Shown here in pieces: positions 26,191-38,157 of a DNA stretch of 64,000 nucleotides. Origin of the DNA: Geosiphon pyriformis uo1 (Eukaryota; Fungi; Glomeromycota); assembly GCA_016748015.1 (NCBI GenBank), contig JAAOMT010000263.1, positions 64,193 to 128,192 of the forward strand. The letters run 5' to 3'. The notes beneath the pieces are model-generated. The model saw only the letters and a program-made list of their open reading frames with translations. It did no database searches and was not told the origin of the DNA. Numbering within the stretch: the first letter of the stretch is position 1; each line of letters opens with the position of its first letter. Both the position numbers and the translations under genes were made by a program.

Positions 26191-26768
26191 AATTTTAAAA
26201 ACATTCATATGTATTTTAATTACATTGTGAAAAAAAAACATATTCACAATATAGAAAAATTATGCAAAATGTTCAAATAAGAATTATCAAAGCTCAGCTG
26301 AAGAAATTTAAAAATGATTAGAAAGTAATTTTATATTCAAGGTGTTGTGAATTCAGCTATTTTTATGAAATTATTTACGTTTAAGAATAATATAGATGAT
26401 GTTACTTATAGACATATCAATCTTTGGGAGTCTTGAAGTTTATGTCTATGTGTCTATTTTTTAATATTTTAATAAAATTATTCGAAACGTGACACTGGAA
26501 GTCATATGTGAATAAGCAGAAGGCTCTTTTTTGTTTTAATGAACAAGAATCAGATGAAGAATATGGTTCAGTGATAATAATAAATATCAGTAATTGTGCA
26601 CAACAGGAGCCTTTCTATAAAGCCATAATTAGCTATAGGTATTGGAACTTCTGCTTTAGGGTGTTAGATTTTTTTTGCAGGGGAAATAATAGAATTGGTA
26701 AAATTGTTAGGAATTGCGCATTCTAAACTTTCTATTTATATATCTTTGAGGATCAGAAAATTATTTTT

Positions 26769-28477
26769 TTAAATAAAGTTTACAGTTTGATACCCGGTTT
26801 TAATACGTCTCTCTCCTGTACTTGCTAAATTCTTATACCCATCACAATTGGAAAACAGCACATTCAAGAAAGGCCCAAAATGGTCGGCAAAATTTTCGGT
26901 CGATCCTTTGTTGATACATTGCTTGGAAAAAGAGTTTTAAATATCAATTATGCTAGAAACCAAATTTGGCTATAAAATGAATGTACTAAACTTACTGAAC
27001 TCTCAGGTGAAGCAATGAATTGATCTTTTCGTTGTCGCAATGAACATATATACGCTGGTCCTCCCGGGCTACTCGCCCAAATCTCAATTCCACTATGTAT
27101 ATATTTTTGAGTTTCATCTTCTACTGGTTTTCTTGGTACTGGGTCATTTCCCGTAGTAAATCGGAAGACGTTTGCAGCCATGTCAACAGCAAGCGAAAAG
27201 GGTCCATTACCAATGCGTGGTTGGCCAAAAGTAAATACAACCAATTTGATGTCTCTTAAAATAGCATTCTTGTTTAATGTCACAGACATCAATTGAGCGT
27301 ATACTGTGATTGATGGATAAAACTTTAATAATTTGAAATTTTCAAAAATCTTTTTAAATAATTCTCTTTGAGGACTTACCGCCACCGAGACTATAACCAA
27401 TAAGCTGAACAATTTTGGGTTTGTTCTCTTTTATAAACGCAAGTGCTTTAGCGAGAAATTTTTTTTCCCATTCTTGGTATAGTTTGAATAATATAGCGTT
27501 AACTTTAACCCCGGGTGACCCCGATACATCCACCATATTTACTCCATCTCCATTTAGAATTTCAGACAAATCCATTTCGTCTCCACTAAATAAAAAGAGC
27601 ACTGATTTTCGAGAGTAAACGCCCACTCCTTGGAAATTGAAATTTAAGAACCATGTGAATATAACTTTTGGATTGTAATTTCAAAAAAAATTTTACCATA
27701 AATTTTATCAAATATCGTCTTGTTCATCTTCGCATGGCAATATGCATCTTTGGCACGAAGAGCCAATTCTTTGAAAATTTTATATATTTGTTGATTCACA
27801 GTCTTAAGAGGTACAGAATTTTCTGGTGGGGATTTTTCCACTTTTTGAAATGTTGGAACTTGCGTGATAGCATAAATATTCTCATTTGAATAGTTTTTTG
27901 TGTCAAACTCTTTTGAATCAAAAATATTTTGCGATGATAAATTTTCGGGATTATTGGTTAAAGATATTTGTTCATATCCATCGAGGGGCAATTTTTCAAT
28001 ATTGTTGAAAATGTAATGACTAGATTTTAAAAAAGGAGAATCAAATTGTATTTCAGGCTCAAAAATTTGATCAAAGGGATCTTCAACATTTTGAATCGGT
28101 TCTTGCTGGCTAATAGTGTCGATAATTTTATTTTCTAATGATATCTCATTCTGTATGTCATTTGTTGTTGGAATTTCAAACGAGTCTTGAGTTTTTTCTA
28201 ATAAATTAAATGAATTAGACTCCTCACTTTTAAGTTTTTCTTCCTTAACTGGGAAATCTTTCAAGAAAATTTCTGGTGATTTCGCAAAAATATCTTCAGG
28301 AATGCTTAACAGAAAGTCTTCTAGTTGAGGGATATTTTCGATAATGGGTATTGCTACTACCAAGCCTAGGAAGACATTAAGCAATGTAGCAAATGCAAGA
28401 AAATACATAAATTGTTCCCATTTTTTAACTTTTGTCAATTTGAACTGTTTTTTCAACGAATGACTCTTTTGCATCAT
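26769..28477 (-). CDS. Secreted class-3 lipase (Lipase_3), catalytic triad intact (exons 28477 or 28408-27697, 27628-27380, 27303-26996, 26921-26769)
   Basis: Signal-like segment MYFLAFATLLNVFLGLVVA and a long acidic pro-region. Motifs AKDAYC, nucleophile elbow GYSLGG, TFGQPRIGN, NDPVPR (Asp), YIHSGIEIW, DHFGPF (His). Three GT-AG introns keep the frame. Confidence 0.88.
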
Positions 28478-28914
28478 TTTTCTGCACAATGACCTTAGCA
28501 ATATCAGTTAAGTGACGAGAAACTTGATTTTGTAATACAGTTTTGAAGCGTTTATCTATTTGCCTTTTAACAAAGGATGGATTAATTTTTTTATTTGAAC
28601 GAGAGCTAACCAAGTAAAACACGTTAATAGACAACATTAATAAAACTAAACAAATACACAAAAGATTCTCAAATCAAAAGATGTCGACTTTAAGAAAGTA
28701 AAATCGGGAGGTTTCGATGCTGATCGAAATTTCAGTTCATATCGCAATTGTGTGAAGATCGATATGAAACAAGTGTCGCATTCAATAAATACAAAACATT
28801 AATTTAAGCTTTGATTTTTGTTTTCATCATTTCAATGGGTTTTATAAATATTTTCGGATCTTTCTCTTTTCGTAAAGAGTGACTCACATATGTTCGACTT
28901 TAGAATACATGTAT

Positions 28915-29060
28915 ATGGTCTCATAAGATATGGGGTATGCTGTAACAAAACCAAATAAAGTCAGCATGCAAAGTGGAACTAGTCAGGAAATAAAAAATTC
29001 CCTACCTTCATATTCATTCATCTCGAAAAGAGTCGTGGGAAACCAAGTCTGGTATCATGG
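28915..29060 (-). ncRNA. Candidate Fanzor omegaRNA scaffold remnant
   Basis: Overlaps and follows the Fanzor-like ORF end. Inverted repeats: acca/tggt (29042-29053), ttccc/gggaa (28998-29041) and atgctg/cagcat (28937-28967). Position-based inference only. Confidence 0.35.
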
Positions 29061-29345
29061 GTGTGAGGAGTTCATTTGCAAAATTGTACCTTGAGTGCTT
29101 GGCATCATGGCAATAGTTGATGGTCAGCAGCTAAAATAACCGATACTCCAGACAGAGCAATGTTTTCAGCTGCATTCACATTCCTTTCTTGTGTTTTGTA
29201 CTTGAATCTCTTTGCTGGACACTAGGAATAAACACATTCAATTACGCCATGCAGGCAAACAACCTACTCCTTTCCAACAATTGTGTAGGCTTAATGGAAA
29301 GGATTTTTGAAAAACAGTATTGACAAGAAGATTGTATTCTCTCTA
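29014..29345 (-). pseudogene. Decayed C-terminus of a Fanzor (eukaryotic TnpB-like RNA-guided nuclease)
   Basis: Manual minus-strand translation across two frameshifts: SSCQYCFSKI / H*AYTIVGKE*VVCLHGVIECVYS*CPAKRFKYKTQERNVNAAENIALSGVSVILAADHQLLP / DAKHSRYNFANELLTPMIPDLVSHDSFRDE*. This is a zinc finger (CxxC...CxxxxC) followed by the RuvC-III motif R[D>N]xNAAxNI. Confidence 0.75.
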
Positions 29346-30450
29346 AAAATAGAAAAATAAAAGAATCTTCTTTTTATATATAACATAACACAGACAATAA
29401 TTAGTATATAAACATAAAATTTTACTTATTTAATAAAATATTATCAGACTTTATTTTAAATACAACTTAAATTTTAAAAGTAATAAATAAATTGACTACT
29501 TTATTTTTTGTTTTATTGTTTACTATAATATAATTATTACTATAAAACTGCCTTATTAACATATTAAAATAAAGATTTAAAATTGCACCAACTGTTTAAA
29601 AAAAGTTATATGATTTAAAAATCAAATTTTCACACAATTATTAATATAAACAAAAAAATATTTTTGTAATAGGATATACATAAAAAATTACCATATTTTA
29701 AAATATATTCTATTATTTTTAACAAAAAATTTGGCATATTAGTATTAATTTAAATTTAAAAAACATATATGTATTTTCAAACATATTGTTTTTATTACTA
29801 AAATTCTATAAGTTTTGTGCTGTTAAAGTTATTAATACTTTCCAAAAGAAGTGGTCTGTTACTTTACTTACATATTTATAATAATTTACAAAATAATAGT
29901 GGTTTAATATAAGTAATTTAAAAAATCTTAATATTGTATAATTTATAACACAAAAACATTAAATTAGTTAAAAACTTTTAAAGTAAAAATATATAATATG
30001 AAATTAAATTACAAAAAGCATAAGCATATATACATAAGATGTTTTTATATATGTATTCCTTAATATATTAAATAATAAAAATATAATTGAATACTAAAAA
30101 GTTTTTTATTTTTTAAAATTAGACTGCAATTGTAACTGCGAATTCAAATATAAACTTTCAAATTAATCATGTAATACTTGTTAATACTTACAGAATTATT
30201 TGGAATTTAAAGCTTTTAAAAATTATCTGGCTTGCAAAAATTTCAATATTTTCTTTTGGCAAGTGCTAACTCTTAGATAGTCTAAGTCCAAAAGTTTACT
30301 AATGACTTTTTTCACAAATTTAAGCTATTAAAAATTGGCAAATTTGACACTTTAAAAGTCATAAAAAATATCAAGACTTTATAATTTCCAGTGCTGATAC
30401 TTTTTCTATTAAAATATAAGTGGTAAAAATCTTTTCACAAATATATTCAT
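29345..30450. repeat. Hyper-AT decayed tract, probably the rest of the Fanzor-carrying element
   Basis: Contiguous with the Fanzor-like remnant on its 5' side; too mutated to read RuvC-I/II. Confidence 0.4.
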
Positions 30451-30529
30451 CCGTTTGTAAAAAAATGAGTTTAAAGATATTATTTGTCCAAAATCAATAT
30501 ACAGCAATAATGAATAAAAATATATTATC

Positions 30530-31310
30530 ATGACTAAACCAATATTAATCTTCTTTTTTTAGACCCAGTACCTTTGGCAAAAAAATATGAAAACAAAGAT
30601 AAAACTCTACTACATAGAAAAAGGCTGAGAAATTGCTAATATTTCAATTAATTGGTGTTATTATTCTGAAAATGAACCAAGAACTCTTCTCTTTCAGATG
30701 AAGGAGAAGAATAAAAAAATTTGTTTCTCACTAAATTAAGAGAATTGCTTGCCAGTCAAGATACCAAAGCTCTGGATATAAAATATGAGTTTGTGTGCTG
30801 GGAAGCGGATGTTAAGTATCCAAGTAAAATATTCAAGCTCACTCGAGTGGATAACAAAAGAAACATCAAAGCCATGAAAGTAATTGTAGTTGAAGGCCAC
30901 CAATCTATGCGTATTCCCAAACTACTAGCTCTGGCTGACCTAAAAATCTACGTTGAGGCTGATCCTGATAATTGCTTAATTTGGAAATTTCAACGAGTCC
31001 TTATTACACTAAGGAGAAAGGTAAGGATACTGCAAGCAAAGGATCTTTCAGAGGAAGCTTCGGTGTTTCCAAAAAGAAAGGCTCGAAGCGTGTAAAACAA
31101 GATTTAAAAATTTATTGGCCAGCAGTCAAGGAGGGAGAAGAAAAAACTATTATTCCCTACAAGAAATACGCCGACCTCACCTTCAACAACGCACCTGGGA
31201 GGAACTAGCCAGAATACCGAAAAGATCAAATCCTGGATTGATCCCCTAAAGCCTATGAAAGGGGTTGGAAATAGCCAAGCAGGAATTAGCGAAAGAAAAA
31301 GCTTTAAATA
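30530..31310 (+). pseudogene. Intronless, frameshifted uridine/nucleoside-kinase-like (P-loop) gene, possibly of bacterial origin
   Basis: Degenerate P-loop MTKPILIFFF/RPSTFGK; ISINWCYY (cf. xDxYY); VIVVEG...LADLKIYVEADPDNCLIWKFQR; YWPAVKEGEEKTIIPYKKYADLTFNN. These are collinear with uridine kinase motifs, with several frameshifts. Confidence 0.7.
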
Positions 31311-31688
31311 AAATCTCGCCTATATGACTAATCCCACTATGTTAATAATGATGGGAATAATTGTGTTTTTAGTGTCTGATCTTCAATTATGTAACCAATA
31401 CTTTGATCGTGTTGATAATTTTTTATATTAAAGATTGAAATAGCATATTGAGAAATCCGTCTGATCAAATAATATAAAATGAAAGACTTATTATTATTTT
31501 ATTAATTCATAATTTCTAATAGAATTTGACAGGAAATCTTTTCAAAAGTATTAATGAAACCATAGTAAAAATTTCGAAATTATACCCAAAAAATAATTTA
31601 ACTTTACTGGATTTAATCTGCAATTTGAGATTTAAAAGACACAATTCCGATCAAAGGAAAAACCTCAATACTTGTACATATGTAAAAT

Positions 31689-33297
31689 CTAAAATGAGGT
31701 GAATGCCACTTCAGATTTGAGCTTTAACAAATTCTCAACATCTTTGCAACCCTCAAATGATAATCCTAAATAAGGACCAAAATAGTCGTTCGGAGTTGTT
31801 TTGGAATCCTTATTTATGCATTTCTTTGAGACGACAAAAAATTTCAATTATCAACAAGGAATCAAATTTGCGGAACTTTTAATTCTAAGCAGAAAATATC
31901 AAAATACCTCGCTTTCACCGGCCATATTTAACGTCTCATTTTCTAGAGGACAAGAAAAAATTGGTCCGGTTCCTGTATCCCAAATTTCAGTTCCACTGTG
32001 AACATACTTTTCTCCCTGATATTCAATTGGTTGTCTTGGCACTGGATCATGACCATGAGTAAATCGAATTACTTTAGCAACTTGATTAAGAGCCAAAGCA
32101 AATTTAGCGTTGCCAAGGCGTGGTTGTCCAAAAGTAGTTATACTTAATTGTATACTTTTGTCAATTTTCTCACTGAGAGAAAGTCCGACAAGTTGCGCAA
32201 GAACTTGATTAAAACAAAATTCTGTTAGATTTTAGAATATCTACTATATTAGAAAAGTGACAAACTTACCACCACTGTAACCAAACCCGACAAGGCTAAC
32301 CTTGTCGATTTGACTTTGCGATATTGAAATCAAAATTGTTTCAACAAGATTTTGCACAAATTTGTCATAAATTTCATAAGAGCAATTATTGACCTTGGCT
32401 CCTGATTTACCTGGGTATGAAACAAGCTTGCAACCAGTATTTGATAATGCAAGTTGTAACTTACCATCATCCGCTGCAATGGCTAATGATAATTTTGTCT
32501 TATCGCTGGGGTCACCTTTGAATATCAGAAAGTTATCTTGTAATCTTCCGTCTGAACGAATCTCAAGGAGAAATAATATGAAGAGTATTTACCCCTAGTT
32601 ACTGTAGAAGAAGTGTTCTCAATTTTTCTTTTGCAGTAAGCAACTTTTGCGCCCACAACAAAAAATTTATATTCATTTTCTTCTTCTTCGGTAATGGGCT
32701 GAAGAGTTGATCCTATTTTATAATAATTTTTGCTGTCTCTCCAGATTGACTCATTAGCATTATACGGGTTCACAAAACTCAATTTAGAAGATGAAGTGCT
32801 GAGTGGGTCTGTATTAGAATTTGGTCAAGGTTTAAACAAATAATGTCTTGAATCGATCTTATATATGCTCAAATAAAACTCTACTTGCCATTCTGGGAAA
32901 ATATGGGCTCAAGATTTCCTGATTCTTGGCTTTCAGCGGAGCTCTGGAGAGCATTCCAGTGAATTGAAGGTAATTTGTTAAACAGATCATTGGTTTCGAG
33001 GGGATTTGGGCGAAATAATTCTGAATCATATTCCAAATTTGCATTTATATCAAAGTCATTTATTGGATCAGCCGAATATGAAGCAGTTTCATCCTTTATA
33101 TCCAGGTAACTAGAAACTTGATAATCCACTGAAGATTGGCGTTTGTTAACTGACTTAATCGGGGTGGCATTGGCGAAGAAATTATCAGGTGTTAAAAAGA
33201 AAACAAATGTGACCAAAATTATAAAGAAAATGTGATGATTCTGACAAAGTCTCAAAATCTGTTCATTTTTTTGAAAGGAAAATGTTTGGTCAGCCAT
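31689..33297 (-). CDS. Class-3 lipase paralog lacking catalytic Ser and His, a pseudo-lipase (433 aa; exons 33297-32889, 32808-32593, 32515-32270, 32203-31908, 31823-31689)
   Basis: Hydrophobic leader then KR; AKVAYC; LVGFGYSGVLAQL in place of LIGYSLGGVYAQL; TFGQPRLGN, HDPVPR, YVHSGTEIW; NDYFGPY in place of ADHFGPF. The last three introns sit at positions equivalent to the neighbouring lipase's three introns; the first intron is GC-AG. Confidence 0.82.
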
Positions 33298-34199
33298 TAA
33301 GTGCTTTATTAAACTTCTTTTTGTTAAGAAATTTTGAAAAAAGCTCAAGGTTGAAAGAGCGAGACTTGAACTTGATAAGGATATTATGTATGTTTTGTTT
33401 TCAATTTTCGGAATATTTTTACCAAACTAAAAAAAAATATTTGGAAGAATTTTTTGGTTTTCGAAAATAGGATATATATTTTTATATTTTTACAAATCTG
33501 GCAAAAGGAGTTCTTGTTATCGTTTGATTTTCAAGGAAACTTATTATAAAACACAACAATTATCGATCGATCTAAATAAATATCTTGCAAATATTTTATT
33601 TTTGGCTCGAATTCATTGAAGGGTTGTTTTCAAATTTAGCAAAAAAAAAACAAATACTCGAATCAGAAGAGGCTTTTTTAAATTTCATAAGATCCTTCTG
33701 GTCAAGATTTGTTTGAATAGCTTTTGACATTGAAAAACTCTCAATTTTCAAATAGATGATTTACTATTTTTGATAAGAAGAAAATCAAGGGTGAATTGAA
33801 TTTAAAGTTAAAAAATGCAATTTATTTATCATGAAAGTTTATCAATTGCTATTGCTTATTTTCTTGTTTTTATTTAAATCCAAAACACGAGTCTAATTAT
33901 ACTCTTGTTCTCGTGAGTCACAAAAAGTGATGATTTATCGTGGAAAATCAAGGATATTTTAAAAAGATCAAATTCATAAAAGGAAGCGAATTGAGATTTG
34001 GTTTTATGAGATTTTTTAGCGTTAAAGACAATATTTATATCAAATAAAAATTTCATTTTTGATAATAGATAATAATTTTGAAAGTTCAATTTTGTGAAAT
34101 ACTTTAAAATAATTATAAAAACCATAAATTTTGTTATCTAAATAAGAACAATATTTCTCAATGATAAAAATATTTGATAAAGTTTCCAAGATTGGATTA

Positions 34200-35520
34200 T
34201 TATTTAAAAGTTTTTATGGATTTAAGTCAAAAGAGAAATGTAATACAATAGTAAAGAGCTGAAGTTTCAATGTATATAGAAAACTGTGGCTGGATAGAAA
34301 GTCATAACATTCTACCCAAATTAAGAGATACTGATGCATGCTTATACTTTAGTTTTCAGAGTTTCTAATCAGTGTAACAATTAAAAGTTTGTTATTGTAA
34401 GTATTAATATTAATGCTGTTGTTATTATTGTTATTATAAATTTATATTATAAAAATTTTAGGTGAGAAATTTTCATTATAATTCTTATTTACAAATAACT
34501 TTTATAAAAAATAATAATTAAAATAATTAAACCTAACCAATAAATTTAATTATCTGAAATTATTTCATTTACCTTCTTATTTACTTTTTCATTACAATCT
34601 TTTTAATAAAAAAAATAAATTTAGCATAAAATATTTGTTGTATTTAGAAAAAAATAATGTAATTTTTTAAAGTTTTTATAATATTGCAATACAAAGATTG
34701 AAAATTTGTCTTTTTAATTTTTTTGTGTTCCCAATAAGATAGTTTTAAAGGGTTTTAAAAAAGTTTTAACTTTTAATAAAGAGCTGTTTTATCACAATTA
34801 TAATTTCTATTTTAATAAAATTTTTTGAAAATTATGATAAATTAATTAATGAAGCATTGTTTGTTTTTTGTATTTTTTGATTTCTTTAATATCATAGTAC
34901 TTTTTAAACCTAAATAACCATTCTTGAATTTCTTGAAAATTAACAATGTTTATAAGCTGAGAAAATTATTAGCTTTTTAAAACAAGATATCTTCAAAAAA
35001 ATGACAAGTTTGCATTGTTTGTTTGGTTAAATGATAATGCTAATTATTATTTAATTTGGGTATTTTTTCTATTTTAAGATTAAAGAATATATGTATTAAA
35101 ACTTTTGTTAAGAAATTCATTTTATTTTAAAAATAATTTTTGAGTCTGCTATAAATATATAAAATATTCAATAAGTGAAATCTTTCTTTTAATATTTGAA
35201 ATATCAATTTGGTCTGTAATGTTGTTATAATTATCAAAATAAATGTTTTGAAAATTTGAATTTAATTAAATGGTTTGTTCAATTAAATAATGTTTTTACA
35301 GATACTCAAGTCAAAAATTGATATAATAAATGATAGGGTAATACGATTATCATTATTCCGCCAACAATAGTAAAAGATTGTTCGTTAATCCGAAGATCAC
35401 TTTGGATTGTCCAACATCAGGGATTCATGCATAGAAATTCACAAATTTTAAAACCATTACACTGCTTGTGAAACACGCCGAAATTAACACTTCTTTTATA
35501 TTTCAATTAATGACATTGGA
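34200..35520. repeat. AT-rich decayed repeat tract with a small coding relic at ~35340-35500
   Basis: Extreme AT content. The minus strand near 35430-35465 reads CNGFKICEF, a Cys-pair fragment of unassigned TE-like origin. Confidence 0.35.
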
Positions 35521-36751
35521 TTAATAGTTAAAAATGTTTTCTTTTGGATGTGCATTGAAAATTAAAAAATAAATTGTTGGCTAACTAAAAAATTTTATTA
35601 AACAGTAAAAAAAATTGCAAAAGTCAAACACTAATTTTCAATTAATTTATATATCGAATATTATTTTGCATTGAAATTTTAATGTAGTTGTTTTTTAAAA
35701 TGTCCCCATTTAGCGTGTTATGCTTTCGATTCATATTTATGACAGAGATTTTATAATTGTATTAGTCATACTTTAACTTTTTTGCGAAAAAGCTCAAAGT
35801 TTTTTTTTCGATAAAAAACAAATTTTTAGAGGAAAGATTAAGCGTTAGATCGTTAACAAAGAAAAAAACGATAAGACTTTATGATCATGATTTTTAAAAG
35901 TTTGTTCATAACAAGTTAGTAACGAGTACTGATGCCCAACGGAAAAATCTATTTGCTATCGAGTAATTTGAAATGTCCATCCATCGATTTTTTGTCAACC
36001 AACATAGTGGCAGTTCAATAGTCTCTTCAATTTTTTTTTTAAAAAAAAGTCATTGAACCAATATAATTTCATTTCTAAGAGGCATTTCTTTGCCAAAAGT
36101 AGCTTTTAAAAACTTGCTGTTACAAAAAAAAAATTTCAACGATCAAAATATAAGGGTTATATGGACAGCCCTAAATTTTGTAGACGAATGTTATAAAGTT
36201 TTCCGTCAGCAACAAAGAAGATATTTCATAAGAATTTTTCAAATTTAAACTTGAAAAAGTTTATTAATCAAAGAATGAAAAGGTTTTTCCCGACTTGTCT
36301 CTCTTTCCGAAATATTTCACTAGGATGGATTGCATTTCCAAAAAAACAAATAATAAGAGTATTGAGTCCATCTACGTTGTCAGTCACTCTCTATCCTATC
36401 TACATTTGTCAATTGAAAAAGTATTATTTGATTCCATTAAATAGACTCACCGCATAGAAAAAACAAAGAAATCTAAATCACCTGAACGAGACTGTATATT
36501 TTATTCTGAAAATACAAACAAAAATAAATCTCAAAGAATAAGCCGAAAATATTACTCCTTTACTGAAATTATTTTTTGGCTTCTCCAATGAATCTAGTTT
36601 TGAATTGACCTTTCAAGATTATTCAGAATTTCAAAAAAAGGAAATGCTCATTAAAATTTATTCCCAATTTTAGCAACCAATTTAATGAAAACCTTCAATT
36701 CCTGCTTGAATGCTTTCAGTTACTACCTTTTGAGATTATGAATCTGTGACA

Positions 36752-36783
36752 ATTTCCATTTCCATTTCCATTTCCATTTCCAT
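36752..36783 (+). repeat. (TTTCCA)n hexanucleotide repeat
   Basis: Directly visible. Confidence 0.85.
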
Positions 36784-37663
36784 CTCAATTTCAATTTTCA
36801 TCCCCTGTTGTTCTCGTCAGCAGCACAAAAATAACACCATCAATCCACTGCATACATTTATCAAAAAATTTACTATGTGTCATGTTACCTCGTCTGATAT
36901 TGCTATGCACCCCTAAACTTTATTACCAAAGAGATTCTAGATCATTTATTTTAGGTGTCGATTATGTAAATCTCTAAACCCCCCTCCCATACAAATCATC
37001 ATTATTTGATTGTTCAAAATAGAAATCCTTTGTAATAGTAAAACTGATTTTAATTTCAAAAGACCAGTCATATTATACCAATAGGCAAATAACTAATTTC
37101 GCGTGACCGTGTACCATTGTTCCATTAGCACCATCGACATCTTGTAACTGGATGATCCATGCTCAAAATTGGGCTGACGCTAATTATTGATCGAATGTTT
37201 TTCTATCTGAAAAGATTAACAAAGGATTTTATTATTGTTACTATTAATAAGATTATTTATTAAGATTATTATTGTCATTGCTGTTGTTATACTATTTAGG
37301 CTCAACGGAAATTAGTACATGGGATGGGATGGAATGGAATGTGGTGTGATGAGTAATGTAGTACCACATAGCCGACCGATGGATAAACATCAATTGTATC
37401 ATATGGTGAATAAATAGGATGTGAAAAAGCCCATCTTCCCATTCTTACTCTTCTTTTTTCTTTTCTCTTAAGTGTGTTACGCGTTTATCATGAACATATT
37501 CTAATAATTTTCAAATCTTACCATAAAGTTAAAATAACGAGAATTTATTGCGTTCAAATAATAAAATTCTTTTTTTTTTTGAATGTAAATTTGGTTATTT
37601 TTTTTGAATTGAATTTCCCAAAAAGAAAAAGAAAACCAATTTTTTTTTACTTAATTTTTTAAA

Positions 37664-38118
37664 ATGACAAAGAGTTCAAAGCCTTTATTACCGCTCTATA
37701 ATAACCAAAAAGTTCCCGTACCAACCGATCCCATCATACCAACACTAACATCTCAGTCTCAAAAACCTGGTCTCCAAAATAATTCGTTATCAATAGATTC
37801 TTCCTCAACAAAATCTATTCTCTTTGACGATGCATTATGGCGGACAAAAAAATACAGAATTCTAACGGCGACCCTGGGAATCTTTTTATGCTCACTCTGG
37901 ATCGTATCACATTTCTCTGGTGCCTCTTTCGATATCCATATTTTAAATCAATATAAAGATAATGCGGCTGCAATGGCAGCTGCTAGCGTTATGGGCGATG
38001 GAGGCGAGGAAGGAATACATGGGATTGAAGTTCAGATCCATGGAATTTCAGGTCCGATTGGGCATAATCATGGTATACATGATATGAGTGAAGATGAGGA
38101 TGAATATGACGATGAGAC

Positions 38119-38157
<39 letters not shown>

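Noticed and set aside
27629-27696. Apparent frameshift in the first lipase at an A/T run
   Set aside because: Resolved by a 68-bp GT-AG intron that restores the frame.
28975-29003. Helitron-like 3' end (short hairpin plus CTAG) downstream of the Fanzor remnant
   Set aside because: The stem is only 4-5 bp and abuts the CTAG, and GC-richer structured sequence continues beyond it; the carrier superfamily cannot be assigned.
32268-32282. GYSG as an alternative lipase nucleophile motif
   Set aside because: It reads G-Y-S-G-V rather than GxSxG and is two residues out of register relative to the conserved intron and AQL helix.
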